From a virus, in the IMG/VR virus record IMGVR_UViG_3300048818_000143, positions 1 through 64,000 of that record: DNA of 64,000 bases, one strand, 5' to 3'. How positions within the stretch are numbered: the stretch's first letter is position 1; each line of letters begins with the position of its first letter. Made by a program: the position numbers and the translations under genes. A model generated the notes under the pieces. It was not told the origin of the DNA. It saw only the letters and a list, made by a program, of their open reading frames with translations, and ran no database searches. This document shows, piece by piece, positions 36,009-44,741 of the stretch.

Positions 36009-36044
36009 GCGCCCTGCCGAAAGGGGGGACAAACGGCAGGGCGC
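36009..36044. terminator. strong hairpin between convergent units (11-bp perfect stem)
   Basis: GCGCCCTGCCG (36009-36019), 14-nt loop, then CGGCAGGGCGC (36034-36044), located between the island stop (36000) and the scaffold-like gene stop (36102). There is a T-rich run only on the minus-strand side (AACTCTTTCT). Confidence 0.5.
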
Positions 36045-36101
36045 TGGGGGACAGAATACGTAAGCAATGCTATTTAAGCATATCGAGAATTACCCCGCAA
36101 C

Positions 36102-37370
36102 CTACCCAGCGAGAAGTTTCGTATGCCATCGTGGATCGGCTGCACTAGCCGCCGCCATGTAGTCCCGCGCTCCCTGTGGATCGCGGTTTCGTAACGCCAC
36201 CCATTCCGAGAGTTTCGTAATCTGCGGCATGTCGGGCTCGGTCGCAGCGGCGCTCGCCGCGTTCGAGATGCTCTTGCCGGCCGCGCTCGCGCGCGCCTCG
36301 CGCCTAATCTTTTCCGCTACGGTAGTCGTCGGCGCTGGGGCGGGCCCTGGTGCGGGGGTAGGTGATGCGCCTAGTGCGGGGGTGCGCGCTTTAGGCTGAT
36401 AGCCCATGAACTCCGTCGCCGTTTCCCAAACCTTTTGAGGGACTGGTACATGCTCTGCCAGCGCGCCCTGGACGATGAGATTACGCTGACGGCCGATATA
36501 CAAGTCCGTCGCCACCTTCATCGCTGCAGTCGTGTCATCAACATTACGGGCGTCGCCCTCGGTGTCGATCGCCGTGCGCAGCCTGGCCGCGTCCGGATGA
36601 CGCTGATTTTCGGGGAGCGCTTCCTGTGTGGAGAGCCATTTGATCATTTCGCCGGCTTCATATCGAGCGCCACCGCTGCGCTGATAGCGTCCAGTCTCGA
36701 CTGTGATTAGGTGCTTGATAGCATCATCGTAATCCGGATGCTCCGCGCGAAATGCCGCTTCCTGGGTATTTATGGTGGCGACTAGATTGGTTTCGTTATT
36801 CTGGTTTCCCAGCCGCGCTTCCATGTCGGCGATGCGACGATCGGACTCTTCGCGGACTTTGCGGATTTCTGCTTTGTATCCGAATGGATCGTCGGCGTCG
36901 GTTTCGGGTGTTGCGGCTGCTGGTGCCGGCGCTGGGGCGCCAGGCTCCGGAGCCCGCCCCGTTTTCTTCATTTCTTTCTGGACGCGCCGGAACTCCCGCC
37001 AGTCAATTCCGGTAGGAGGCTTCGGTGCTTCGGGTGCGGCTGGCGTCTCGGGGGCCGCCGCCACTGGGGCAGGAGCGGGCGCTGGTGCCGCGGGCGCTGG
37101 AGCAGGCTCAGGAGCGGGGGCTGCCGGTTCCGGCGCCGCTGCGGGCGTCTCCGTCTCAACCAATTCGGTTGTCGCCAGGATTGGCACTTCCACTGGAGGC
37201 GCATCGGGCGCGGGTGCCGCCCCGGGCACCGCGACCGGAAACATATCGCTATGCGAGGTCTCCAGATTCTTGCGCGCGTTGGCTACTCGATCGTCGAGAT
37301 CCGAGAATGGGTCTTTGCGCTCGCCGACTGGAGTCGGTCCTACTTTTACGGGGGTCTTCTTCGCTGCCAT
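36102..37370 (-). CDS. scaffolding-like protein (422 aa, Ala/Pro/Glu-rich)
   Basis: Located between the portal/ATP-grasp genes and the capsid gene. Long AP-rich low-complexity tracts plus helical charged regions. Call is contextual. Confidence 0.5.
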   Translation of the reverse strand: MAAKKTPVKVGPTPVGERKDPFSDLDDRVANARKNLETSHSDMFPVAVPGAAPAPDAPPVEVPILATTELVETETPAAAPEPAAPAPEPAPAPAAPAPAPAPVAAAPETPAAPEAPKPPTGIDWREFRRVQKEMKKTGRAPEPGAPAPAPAAATPETDADDPFGYKAEIRKVREESDRRIADMEARLGNQNNETNLVATINTQEAAFRAEHPDYDDAIKHLITVETGRYQRSGGARYEAGEMIKWLSTQEALPENQRHPDAARLRTAIDTEGDARNVDDTTAAMKVATDLYIGRQRNLIVQGALAEHVPVPQKVWETATEFMGYQPKARTPALGASPTPAPGPAPAPTTTVAEKIRREARASAAGKSISNAASAAATEPDMPQITKLSEWVALRNRDPQGARDYMAAASAADPRWHTKLLAG

Positions 37371-37374
37371 GCTT

Positions 37375-37668
37375 TTACTCTCCGCTTATATTTACGACGC
37401 CCGGTTTGAGGTTCGTCGCTGGTGCCGCGATTGTGAGCGGCTGCGCGTAGTCCGGTAAATAGACTCGAAACGCCGCATACCCCTTTCCGTCCACGCGGAC
37501 CCAAGTTCGCAGGTCGGCGCTTACGCGCTCAGCCAGCCAGTCCCACGATACGCGATCTATTATGACCGTCTCTTTGAGCTGGTCAATTTCTGCCAACGCG
37601 GCAATTAAATCATCGATAGACCGATAGAGCGGCTGCTTTTCGACTTCTTTTTCCGCTACCGCGCTCAT
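37375..37668 (-). CDS. hypothetical protein (97 aa)
   Basis: ORF overlapping the ATP-grasp gene stop by 4 nt. Ordinary composition. Confidence 0.55.
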   Translation of the reverse strand: MSAVAEKEVEKQPLYRSIDDLIAALAEIDQLKETVIIDRVSWDWLAERVSADLRTWVRVDGKGYAAFRVYLPDYAQPLTIAAPATNLKPGVVNISGE

Positions 37669-38990
37669 AGCGAATCTCCCATCTCGGTCACGATGTCCTC
37701 GGGCTCGGGAATTCTACCGCCGAACGCAATGCCGTGTTTGGCGGCTTCTTTCACCGATTCGAGCAGGCTCGCGAACCCCGCCACGTTCGCATGGACGGGC
37801 AGGTCTTTGAGCGCGCCCAGATTCTTTTTCAGATGCGCAATCGCCGCTTCGACCGTGTTTCCGGCGCCGATTACCACGCCAGGCTCGCCGCTCTTGTCCG
37901 GCGCGAATTTATACACCCCGTCGACTTTGCCATAGCGATAGAGTTTCACCCAGCGCTCGACATTCTTCGGAATTCGCAGCGTGCGCCATTCTTTTACGAT
38001 CGAATCATGCTTCGCGCCGCCGTCAAAATGCAGCGTCGCTTCGACCGCAAACCGCCACCTAAACTCGGGCGGTATCACGATCCCGTTCGCGCCGTACCAG
38101 ATCACCTCCGCGAAGTTCGTGCAAGTCTCAAGCTGATGCTCTCCGGTCTGTCCGGGCATCCGCGGCGTCGGGTCGATGAAATAGGGCACGCCGTCTTTGA
38201 TACGAATCTCAGTCGCCCACCAGCCCCGATAACCAAAACTCTTGAGCACCGGAGCCATCTTCTCGTTGACGATCTTGATTTCGTCGGGTAGGTCATCTGC
38301 GCTGAGTTCGGATCCTAAGTAGAGCTCGTTCTTTTTCTCGTAGCCCTGAAACGACGACGGTGGGTATTGCCCATCGATGCACCAGCCATCGTAACCGATT
38401 TCCAAGTCGGACTTGAGGTTGTCCTGCACGACGAAAATAACGATTTCCTTGGCGCCGCCGAAAATGACGGCGAGGTCGTCCAGGTAGTCTTCGCTGTGCT
38501 CGTAGTCGAGATGGTGCCAGGTCTCCATGTTCGCGCGGAACGCGTTAATTTTGATCCACTTGTTCTCGACTTTCTTGAGATGCGCGCGCAGCGCCGTGAG
38601 CCCCAGAATCGTTTCCGAGTGGACCGTCTCCAGCCCCACGCTTTCGAGCACTTCTAAAAATTGGTCCCGATAGAGCTCGAGGCTGGTCGCGCCCATGTGC
38701 CCCCACACGGCTTTCCCGATCCTGCGCAAATGCCGCTGCATGTCGCCGTAGCCGATGTCGGGAAACACAAAGAGGTCGACGTTATCGAGGACTTTGGGGT
38801 TCAGGAATTCGTCGATCTTCTCAACGTTGTCGAGGCCGTAGCCGCGCATGAAGTCCGAGATGTCACGGTATTCAGCCTCGCACGGCGAGTAGTAGTAGAC
38901 CTTCTTACACGTCTCCGCGAGCTTTTCAGCGACGCTTATAAACGTGCCGTAGTCGACCACGCAGGCCGTCACTTCTTCGACCGACTTCAT
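37665..38990 (-). CDS. ATP-grasp fold enzyme (441 aa)
   Basis: The C-terminal half (FGYRGWWATEIRIKDGVPYFIDPTPRMPGQTGEH) matches the ATP-grasp pattern G..G....E.....G.PY.IE...R.GG. The preceding KWIKINAFRANMETWH... fits the central domain. It overlaps the portal stop by 4 nt. Confidence 0.6.
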   Translation of the reverse strand: MKSVEEVTACVVDYGTFISVAEKLAETCKKVYYYSPCEAEYRDISDFMRGYGLDNVEKIDEFLNPKVLDNVDLFVFPDIGYGDMQRHLRRIGKAVWGHMGATSLELYRDQFLEVLESVGLETVHSETILGLTALRAHLKKVENKWIKINAFRANMETWHHLDYEHSEDYLDDLAVIFGGAKEIVIFVVQDNLKSDLEIGYDGWCIDGQYPPSSFQGYEKKNELYLGSELSADDLPDEIKIVNEKMAPVLKSFGYRGWWATEIRIKDGVPYFIDPTPRMPGQTGEHQLETCTNFAEVIWYGANGIVIPPEFRWRFAVEATLHFDGGAKHDSIVKEWRTLRIPKNVERWVKLYRYGKVDGVYKFAPDKSGEPGVVIGAGNTVEAAIAHLKKNLGALKDLPVHANVAGFASLLESVKEAAKHGIAFGGRIPEPEDIVTEMGDSL

Positions 38991-41176
38991 TGATCCTTGC
39001 CACCGCCGCCTTTATCGACTGGTTGCCGCATCGTGTCCCAGATATCGGTCGCTTGCGTAGCCATGTCCATCGCGTGTTGGCCTTGATCCATCCCGTGCTG
39101 GCCTTGCGCGCGCTTTTCCTCGCGCGACTTCGTAAGCCCGTCCATGATGAGCTTGAGCATGTCGGTGCCGCTCTGACCGGACAGTCGCTTCGCCTTCGCC
39201 ATTTCGAGCTCGGCGCGAGCGTTCTTTTCTGCGACTTCCGCCTGAATCTGGATCGGCCCCTTCTGCTGGCCCCGACCGCCCGGCACCGGCAACCCAGCCT
39301 CGCGCAGTTTCGCCATCTGCTGCGCTTCGTCGGTCATGGCTTTTTCGATCGCCATCGCCCAGGTCCGCGGTATCGGCAGCGCGCGCACGAACATTGGCAG
39401 GAACTTGTTCATCCGGAGTAGCGTCTGTCCGAACGGTCCGAGCAGGAGATCCGCTAGGTACTGCTTCATGTTCGGATCGCGCTCGGCTTCATCGAGCGAA
39501 ATTTCATACTCCAGCGAGAAAGGCGCGTCCTCGAGTTTGATCACCTCGCCTTCCTGTGAAGCCGGGCCACCCACCCGAATCAGCCGCGAGTCGGAAATGA
39601 GCTGAAGGTGATCGTAAACGATCATCCCCTCTTCCTGGCGCCAGTCCTCTTCGGCGTCGAACTCGGCCGCGAGCAGGACCATCCCCGCGCGCTGCTTGCG
39701 CTTGAGAGTCACGCCGGATGTGCCGCTCCCGCCTAGCCCGAGCGTCTCCGCGTTGATGCCTGTGATAGTATCGCCCATCGCCGAGATGACGAACTGCATG
39801 ATCGCCATCGCAGCGGCGGGCACTTCCGGCTGCTGCTTGGGAATAATTTTCTTGTTCTGAATCGCGCCGTCGCCAACGACGTTGATAGAGCCTGTCATCG
39901 AAGCGGTATCGATAAAGTCCTGGAGCTGCGCCTTATCGTCGAATGCTGTTACTTCTGCGAGGTAGCCGCCCTTGGCCTGCTTCGCGAAACTCTCCAGCAT
40001 CTGGTTGAAAAACTTGTTGATGTAGCGGTTCGGGTCGAGCATCACCTTCGCGAATCCGTAAGCCAGCTTCGATTCCTCGTCGAAGTGACAGCAAACCGGA
40101 TTGAAGGTGAAGCGCGAGCCAGGCAGATGCTCCGGCGCTTCCATCAAAAAGCGCCGATTCAGTACGAACGCATGCTTGTAGTGCCTGCCTATCTGTCTAT
40201 CGAAGTGCTCGATTTCGAGGTCGAATAAGTTTTGGAGGCGGGTTTCGTACTCGCGAAACTCCCCTTCATCCATGAATTGCTCGGTATTATCCAGCGGATC
40301 TTCGAAGACGTAGCCCGCCTGGTTGTCCCACCATTCGAACTCGAGCAGCCGCGACTGGTCTTTCTTCCCAACGCTATTGGCCTTGAGTTTGTCCAGCGGG
40401 TAACTCTGCACGTAGGGGATTTTGTACGGGACGCGATCGACTGACGGCCAGCTCAGCGCCTTGCCCTCGGCGCTCGCATAGTCGATCAGAAAATGCGCGT
40501 CTTTCGAAGGGAACAGCGCCTTGATTTCCTCGTTCTCAATCCACGCCTCTCGCGCGCGCCACCGGCAATGCTCGGCGTCCAAGTTAATTTCCGCGCACCC
40601 GTCCGGCCACAACATCTCCATCGGATCGATGCGGTCGTAACCCACGAGGCCGCGAGGGTCTTTCGCCCGGGAGATGAAGCACTTCGTCCACCCCATTCCC
40701 GTGATCAGAAAGTCGTTAAAAGCGCGGCTTCGCTTATTGTTCGCGTGGGACATTTTCGTGGCCCACTCGAAGTATTTCTGGACGCGATCGCCGAAAAGCT
40801 GCGCCTGGTCGTTATCCATGCTCACGGCGTTGAACAGGAGCGCCAAATACGAATCGCGTTGCACGCCCGAGATGTAACGAATGAATTTCTGAGTCGTGTT
40901 GAATGCGTTGTGCGGGCGTCGCTGCTCTTTCAGCACCCGCTCGTCTTCATCTGAGAGCTGGCGTCCCGCGATGAAGCGCTGGCACTCGCGTCCGTCCGTG
41001 CGCCATTTGTTGCACTTGGGCTCGGCTTTCTGGACTTGGCGCAGTATCCACGGCAGCTTCGGATGCCCCATGAGACCGACCGCACCCGCTGGCTCCGAGC
41101 CCGTATCGGTGAAGCGCGGGACCGGGATGGTCGCGATGTCTCGGGTACTTTCGTTGAAAAGATTTTCTACCGCCAC
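38987..41176 (-). CDS. portal protein (729 aa)
   Basis: Size, position immediately downstream of the large terminase, and an acidic/helical C-terminus. Consistent with N4-like portals by length. Confidence 0.75.
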   Translation of the reverse strand: MAVENLFNESTRDIATIPVPRFTDTGSEPAGAVGLMGHPKLPWILRQVQKAEPKCNKWRTDGRECQRFIAGRQLSDEDERVLKEQRRPHNAFNTTQKFIRYISGVQRDSYLALLFNAVSMDNDQAQLFGDRVQKYFEWATKMSHANNKRSRAFNDFLITGMGWTKCFISRAKDPRGLVGYDRIDPMEMLWPDGCAEINLDAEHCRWRAREAWIENEEIKALFPSKDAHFLIDYASAEGKALSWPSVDRVPYKIPYVQSYPLDKLKANSVGKKDQSRLLEFEWWDNQAGYVFEDPLDNTEQFMDEGEFREYETRLQNLFDLEIEHFDRQIGRHYKHAFVLNRRFLMEAPEHLPGSRFTFNPVCCHFDEESKLAYGFAKVMLDPNRYINKFFNQMLESFAKQAKGGYLAEVTAFDDKAQLQDFIDTASMTGSINVVGDGAIQNKKIIPKQQPEVPAAAMAIMQFVISAMGDTITGINAETLGLGGSGTSGVTLKRKQRAGMVLLAAEFDAEEDWRQEEGMIVYDHLQLISDSRLIRVGGPASQEGEVIKLEDAPFSLEYEISLDEAERDPNMKQYLADLLLGPFGQTLLRMNKFLPMFVRALPIPRTWAMAIEKAMTDEAQQMAKLREAGLPVPGGRGQQKGPIQIQAEVAEKNARAELEMAKAKRLSGQSGTDMLKLIMDGLTKSREEKRAQGQHGMDQGQHAMDMATQATDIWDTMRQPVDKGGGGKDQ

Positions 41177-41188
41177 AGCCGCACCCCA

Positions 41189-42697
41189 CTACAACGCTGA
41201 TTCCCAAGTTCCAATTTGCGGACGCTTGCGATCTAGCATACGCGCTTCCAATTCCGCTGGCGCGGTCGGGTATCGAATGCCCAGTTCGGGTTCTTGCAGC
41301 CTGGTCATCATGTCCAGGAAGTCGTCGTGATCGATCGAGTTGTCGCCGGCGTACTCCAGATATTCCCGATTTACGAAGTAATCAACGATGTTCTGCGGCT
41401 CGTCCTCGCCCAAGTCGATCATCGGCATCTGGATCATGTCGGTGTCGGGGATGCAGATTATTCCCTCGCGGAACATCGGAATCAGGCCCTCGATGCGGGT
41501 TTCTTTCGAAAGCATGTGGCGTGGCCCGCGGCGCCCGACCGGAATCGGTTTGAGGTTCACGCCCGCCTTTTTTAGCTCGCGCTCCAAAAACCACGCATCC
41601 CGGACCATCCCGTACTCTTCATAGAGCCACCGCACCGGCCGCCACTTTCGTATCAACCGGATGTGCTCGCGCGCGTTGTCGTCGAGGTCCAGGCGTCCCA
41701 CCACGCCATCGACCAGCAGCAGCCGCTTTTCCGGCGTCGCTACGAAAACTCCTATGACCGTAGGATCGGATTTCGGATCCTCGCCTTTCGAAGGGTCGGT
41801 GAGCATGTAGGCCGGGAATTTCAGCGGCATGACGCGCTTTTTGTAAAAAGTCAGCCATTCGAACTTGAAGCGGCGCCCCTGATTCGCGTCGGGGTTTTGC
41901 TGATAAAGCGCGTTCCAGGTCCGCAAGTCTTTCTTGTTCGCGCGATACCACGGCTCTCCGAAGCGCTCGGGCCAGAGGAACTCGCCAGGCTGTCTATCCA
42001 GCGGATCGTCGGCCTCTGCCTCGGCAGGTACCCTGAGCACATGCCAGAGACCACCGTTCTCGGCCGTACCCTCTTCCTCGATCACGCGATCGAAAAAGTC
42101 ACCGCGGCACCAGCGCGTGAGGCACATCAGCCGCGAGCCGCCCTCGAGCCGGGTTCTCACCGTCGAGCGATAATCCTCGAAGCGCGAAAGCATCGTCGCC
42201 TCGGATTTCGCCTCGTTCATGTTTTTGATTGGGTCGTCGATGTCCAGCACGCCGTCGACGCCGGCGCCGGTGATGGTCCCGTTGAAGCCGGCAGAGAAAA
42301 ATTCGCCGCCCTTAGTGGTCTGGAAGTAGCTGCCACTGCGCGCGAACTGCGAAAGCTTGCACTCGGGGAAAGCTTCCTTGTGAACGTCGCCGGTTATGAG
42401 CGTCAGAATTTTGCGGCCGAATCTTTTGGCGAAGCGATCGGAGTAGCTGATCAGCATGTTCTTGCGCTCGGGAAAGCGCCCGAAACACCATGCCGTGAAA
42501 TTGATGCTCGCAACCTCGCTCTTCGCGTGCCGCGGCGGCATCAGGATCGCCAGCGCCTTGATTTCGTGGGTAGCTACTCGATGGAGCGCCGGTACAACGA
42601 AGTCCTGGTGAAAGCTCACCCATCCGTAGCTGGGGTTGGCCTTGAGCAAAAAGGCTCCCATGTTATTCCGCACAAGGTTGATGGTCTTGGCGTCCAT
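41189..42697 (-). CDS. terL: terminase large subunit
   Basis: 502 aa. Walker A-like ILMPPRHAKSE, Walker B-like GVLDIDDP, and a C-terminal nuclease-like region (LTDPSKGEDPKSDPTVIGVF). The antisense 362-aa ORF is Arg-rich. Confidence 0.85.
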   Translation of the reverse strand: MDAKTINLVRNNMGAFLLKANPSYGWVSFHQDFVVPALHRVATHEIKALAILMPPRHAKSEVASINFTAWCFGRFPERKNMLISYSDRFAKRFGRKILTLITGDVHKEAFPECKLSQFARSGSYFQTTKGGEFFSAGFNGTITGAGVDGVLDIDDPIKNMNEAKSEATMLSRFEDYRSTVRTRLEGGSRLMCLTRWCRGDFFDRVIEEEGTAENGGLWHVLRVPAEAEADDPLDRQPGEFLWPERFGEPWYRANKKDLRTWNALYQQNPDANQGRRFKFEWLTFYKKRVMPLKFPAYMLTDPSKGEDPKSDPTVIGVFVATPEKRLLLVDGVVGRLDLDDNAREHIRLIRKWRPVRWLYEEYGMVRDAWFLERELKKAGVNLKPIPVGRRGPRHMLSKETRIEGLIPMFREGIICIPDTDMIQMPMIDLGEDEPQNIVDYFVNREYLEYAGDNSIDHDDFLDMMTRLQEPELGIRYPTAPAELEARMLDRKRPQIGTWESAL

Positions 42698-42698
42698 C

Positions 42699-42980
42699 TC
42701 AATGCAGGAGCCGCGCTATATTGCCAAACTCTGGCCGGTCGGGTGTTATGACCTTTCGATTGTTCGCGATCTCTTCTTTCATCAATTCGAGCAGCGCCTT
42801 CGAAAGCGGCTCAAGCGCCCTGATATCGCTGGCTTGAATCTGTGCGCGCAGAATGTGCTTGGCTCCCATGTGCAGGTCGATCAGGCAGACCGGTTGCCCC
42901 GCCGAGTCTTTCTTGGTTTTCCATCGCGCGCGGATGGGCTCCACGTTGGGAGAACCGTCTTTGGTGAATTCGATGCTCAT
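42699..42980 (-). CDS. hypothetical protein (93 aa)
   Basis: Directly upstream of terL, with an ATGA overlap to the preceding ORF. Could be part of a small terminase, but no motif supports this. Confidence 0.5.
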   Translation of the reverse strand: MSIEFTKDGSPNVEPIRARWKTKKDSAGQPVCLIDLHMGAKHILRAQIQASDIRALEPLSKALLELMKEEIANNRKVITPDRPEFGNIARLLH

Positions 42981-43165
42981 CCCAGTTTGGCTATGCCTTC
43001 AATGCGGCGCAACTTATTTTCGGCCTGTTCGGCGCGATCCAGAAGCTGTGGCGTCCAACCTGCAAGGGAGAGGGCTTCTGCGAAAGTGAGCTTTCCACCC
43101 AAGCGTAATTGTTGAATTAGGCCCACGTACAATTCCTCAGCCGTTTGCTGCTCTTCCTGACTCAT
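42977..43165 (-). CDS. hypothetical small protein (62 aa)
   Basis: ATGA overlaps at both ends. Helical, acidic. Confidence 0.45.
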   Translation of the reverse strand: MSQEEQQTAEELYVGLIQQLRLGGKLTFAEALSLAGWTPQLLDRAEQAENKLRRIEGIAKLG

Positions 43166-43419
43166 ATGTCAACCTTGATTCCGCGCGCTTCGAGGTAGGT
43201 TTTTGCTTCGTGACAAACACAGTTTCGGCGGCAAACGCCCAGAATGTGGGGGTAATTGCACGACATACAACAGCCGTGCTTGTGCGAAAGGATAGTTTTG
43301 ACCCGCATTCCCTCCAACATGCGCTTGAGCAAGTCGAGGTCTTGCGGGGTCGGATCGGCGACAGTCGCCGGCTCAGGCGTTTTCTGTATCGCCAGATTGT
43401 GCTTGCGCTTCGCCGCCAT
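43162..43419 (-). CDS. small Cys-rich protein (85 aa)
   Basis: Seven Cys/His in HKHGCCMSCNYPHILGVCRRNCVCHE, probably metal-binding. Confidence 0.5.
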   Translation of the reverse strand: MAAKRKHNLAIQKTPEPATVADPTPQDLDLLKRMLEGMRVKTILSHKHGCCMSCNYPHILGVCRRNCVCHEAKTYLEARGIKVDI

Positions 43420-44047
43420 TTACCTCTTCTCGCTTAGCGCTGCTGCGCCTGAATGCTTCGTTGAGTTTCTCGTCGCGCCCTGAAAAATCCGCCAGCACGT
43501 CCGGTATCGGAGTCTCCCCCGGCAGCGCTACTCTCTCGATCTTCTTACCCAGATATTCCTTGTCGACTACCCGCATCTCTTTCAAGATCGAATTCGCCGC
43601 CAAAAACTGGCCCGCGTCGAGCGCCTGATAGTACAGCCCCATGTGCTGGTAGAGATAGTAAAGCCCCTTTTGCTCTGAATTGCCATCCACCGGGAACGGC
43701 ATCATCTTCAAGGCATCCGAATTCGGGATCAAATAGTCGTTGATTACTCGTACCAGATGCTGGTCCCGATGCTCCTCGAGGCGCTTTACCTGGTAGTAAT
43801 TGCGGTGGGAATTTATAAGGCGCCGGAGCTTGCGCGCGGTTGCGCCGGCCAGAAGCAAGAACGCTATCTCTTCAAACTTCGCGTGGGTACAAAGCGAACA
43901 GGGAGTTCCGGACTTATTGAGCTTGTCGGCTACGAGCTCCGGATTGGATTGAAAGAGCAAATAGGCTTGGTGCGCCATGGCGCGCGCGATCATTGGGGGC
44001 CATGGTTTGAAGGGCTTGGCGGCTTTTCCGTTTTGGGAGTCGGGCAC
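43373..44047 (-). CDS. hypothetical protein (224 aa), small-terminase candidate by position only
   Basis: First sizeable ORF downstream of the tRNAs in the packaging block. Helical. No motif recognised. Confidence 0.55.
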   Translation of the reverse strand: MPDSQNGKAAKPFKPWPPMIARAMAHQAYLLFQSNPELVADKLNKSGTPCSLCTHAKFEEIAFLLLAGATARKLRRLINSHRNYYQVKRLEEHRDQHLVRVINDYLIPNSDALKMMPFPVDGNSEQKGLYYLYQHMGLYYQALDAGQFLAANSILKEMRVVDKEYLGKKIERVALPGETPIPDVLADFSGRDEKLNEAFRRSSAKREEVNGGEAQAQSGDTENA

Positions 44048-44121
44048 TCATGCACTCCGTTTCGATATATAGGCCCCTTGCAGATTTTACAGGGGATGCT
44101 TTTGGTTCCTGCGTCCATTTT

Positions 44122-44194
44122 AGCTGGCGGCGGGAATCGAACTCGCGACCTCTGGTTTACGAAACCAATGCTCTACCGTCTGAGCTACACCAGC
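44122..44194 (-). tRNA. tRNA-Thr (anticodon CGT)
   Basis: The reverse complement GCTGGTGTAGCTCAGACGGTAGAGCATTGGTTTCGTAAACCAGAGGTCGCGAGTTCGATTCCCGCCGCCAGCT folds by hand into a cloverleaf. It has a 7-bp acceptor stem, GCTC/GAGC D-stem, anticodon loop TTCGTAA, and a TTCGATT T-loop with one mismatch in the T-stem. Confidence 0.85.
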
Positions 44195-44203
44195 ATAAGT
44201 TAG

Positions 44204-44275
44204 ATGCGCCGGTGGGATTTGAACCCACGATCTTCTGGTTATGAGCCAAATGAGATGCCACTTCTCCACGGCGCG
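44204..44275 (-). tRNA. tRNA-Met (anticodon CAT) with bacterial initiator (fMet) hallmarks
   Basis: The reverse complement is CGCGCCGTGGAGAAGTGGCATCTCATTTGGCTCATAACCAGAAGATCGTGGGTTCAAATCCCACCGGCGCAT. It shows a C1xA72 mismatch, an A11:U24 pair, a CUCAUAA loop and a GGTTCAAATCC T-arm, closely echoing E. coli tRNA-fMet. Only two of the three G:C pairs at the bottom of the anticodon stem are present. No encoded CCA. Confidence 0.8.
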
Positions 44276-44536
44276 TCAGTTTCCAATCGGGCGGGTGCTC
44301 CAGCGAATCACCGCCGCCATGGGATACTTGTACACTGCTCCGGCGTTGTCGGTCAAAACCAACGCTACGAAATTCTGCCCTGGCTGATTCGGGACGGGAT
44401 AAAAAATAAACGTATCCTCTATGCAGCCTTCGATTGTATCGATGCGGCCGTTGATCAACTCGACGCTCGCGGTCCTGAGTTCTTCCATGGGCCTCCGGGT
44501 GTGGTTGACGACGCACTGCAAAATGTTATCGCTCAC
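44276..44536 (-). CDS. hypothetical protein (86 aa)
   Basis: ORF ending immediately before the tRNA 5' end. Ordinary composition. Confidence 0.45.
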   Translation of the reverse strand: MSDNILQCVVNHTRRPMEELRTASVELINGRIDTIEGCIEDTFIFYPVPNQPGQNFVALVLTDNAGAVYKYPMAAVIRWSTRPIGN

Positions 44537-44741
44537 GGGGGATCCTCTTTTTCTCAGCGAATGCGAACGTCTCTTTCAGCATCGATCTGGCGGCAGCTTT
44601 CCATGGAATCACTACCCCGCGCGGCACATCGGCAGCCTCGTAACCCTCGGAGCACGGCTCCAGCCAGCCCTTGCCGGTCATATATATGCGCCGGCGTCCG
44701 TCGTGCTCGTGTGGCCCGAGCCCGCAATGTCTACAACTCAT
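44526..44741 (-). CDS. small Cys/His-containing protein (71 aa)
   Basis: MSCRHCGLGPHEHD...EPCSEGY is Zn-ribbon-like. 4-nt overlap with the upstream gene. Confidence 0.45.
   Translation of the reverse strand: MSCRHCGLGPHEHDGRRRIYMTGKGWLEPCSEGYEAADVPRGVVIPWKAAARSMLKETFAFAEKKRIPRER

Noticed and set aside
41663-42751. 362-aa plus-strand ORF.
   Set aside because: It is antisense to the terminase large-subunit gene, which has clear Walker motifs. Its composition is Arg-rich.
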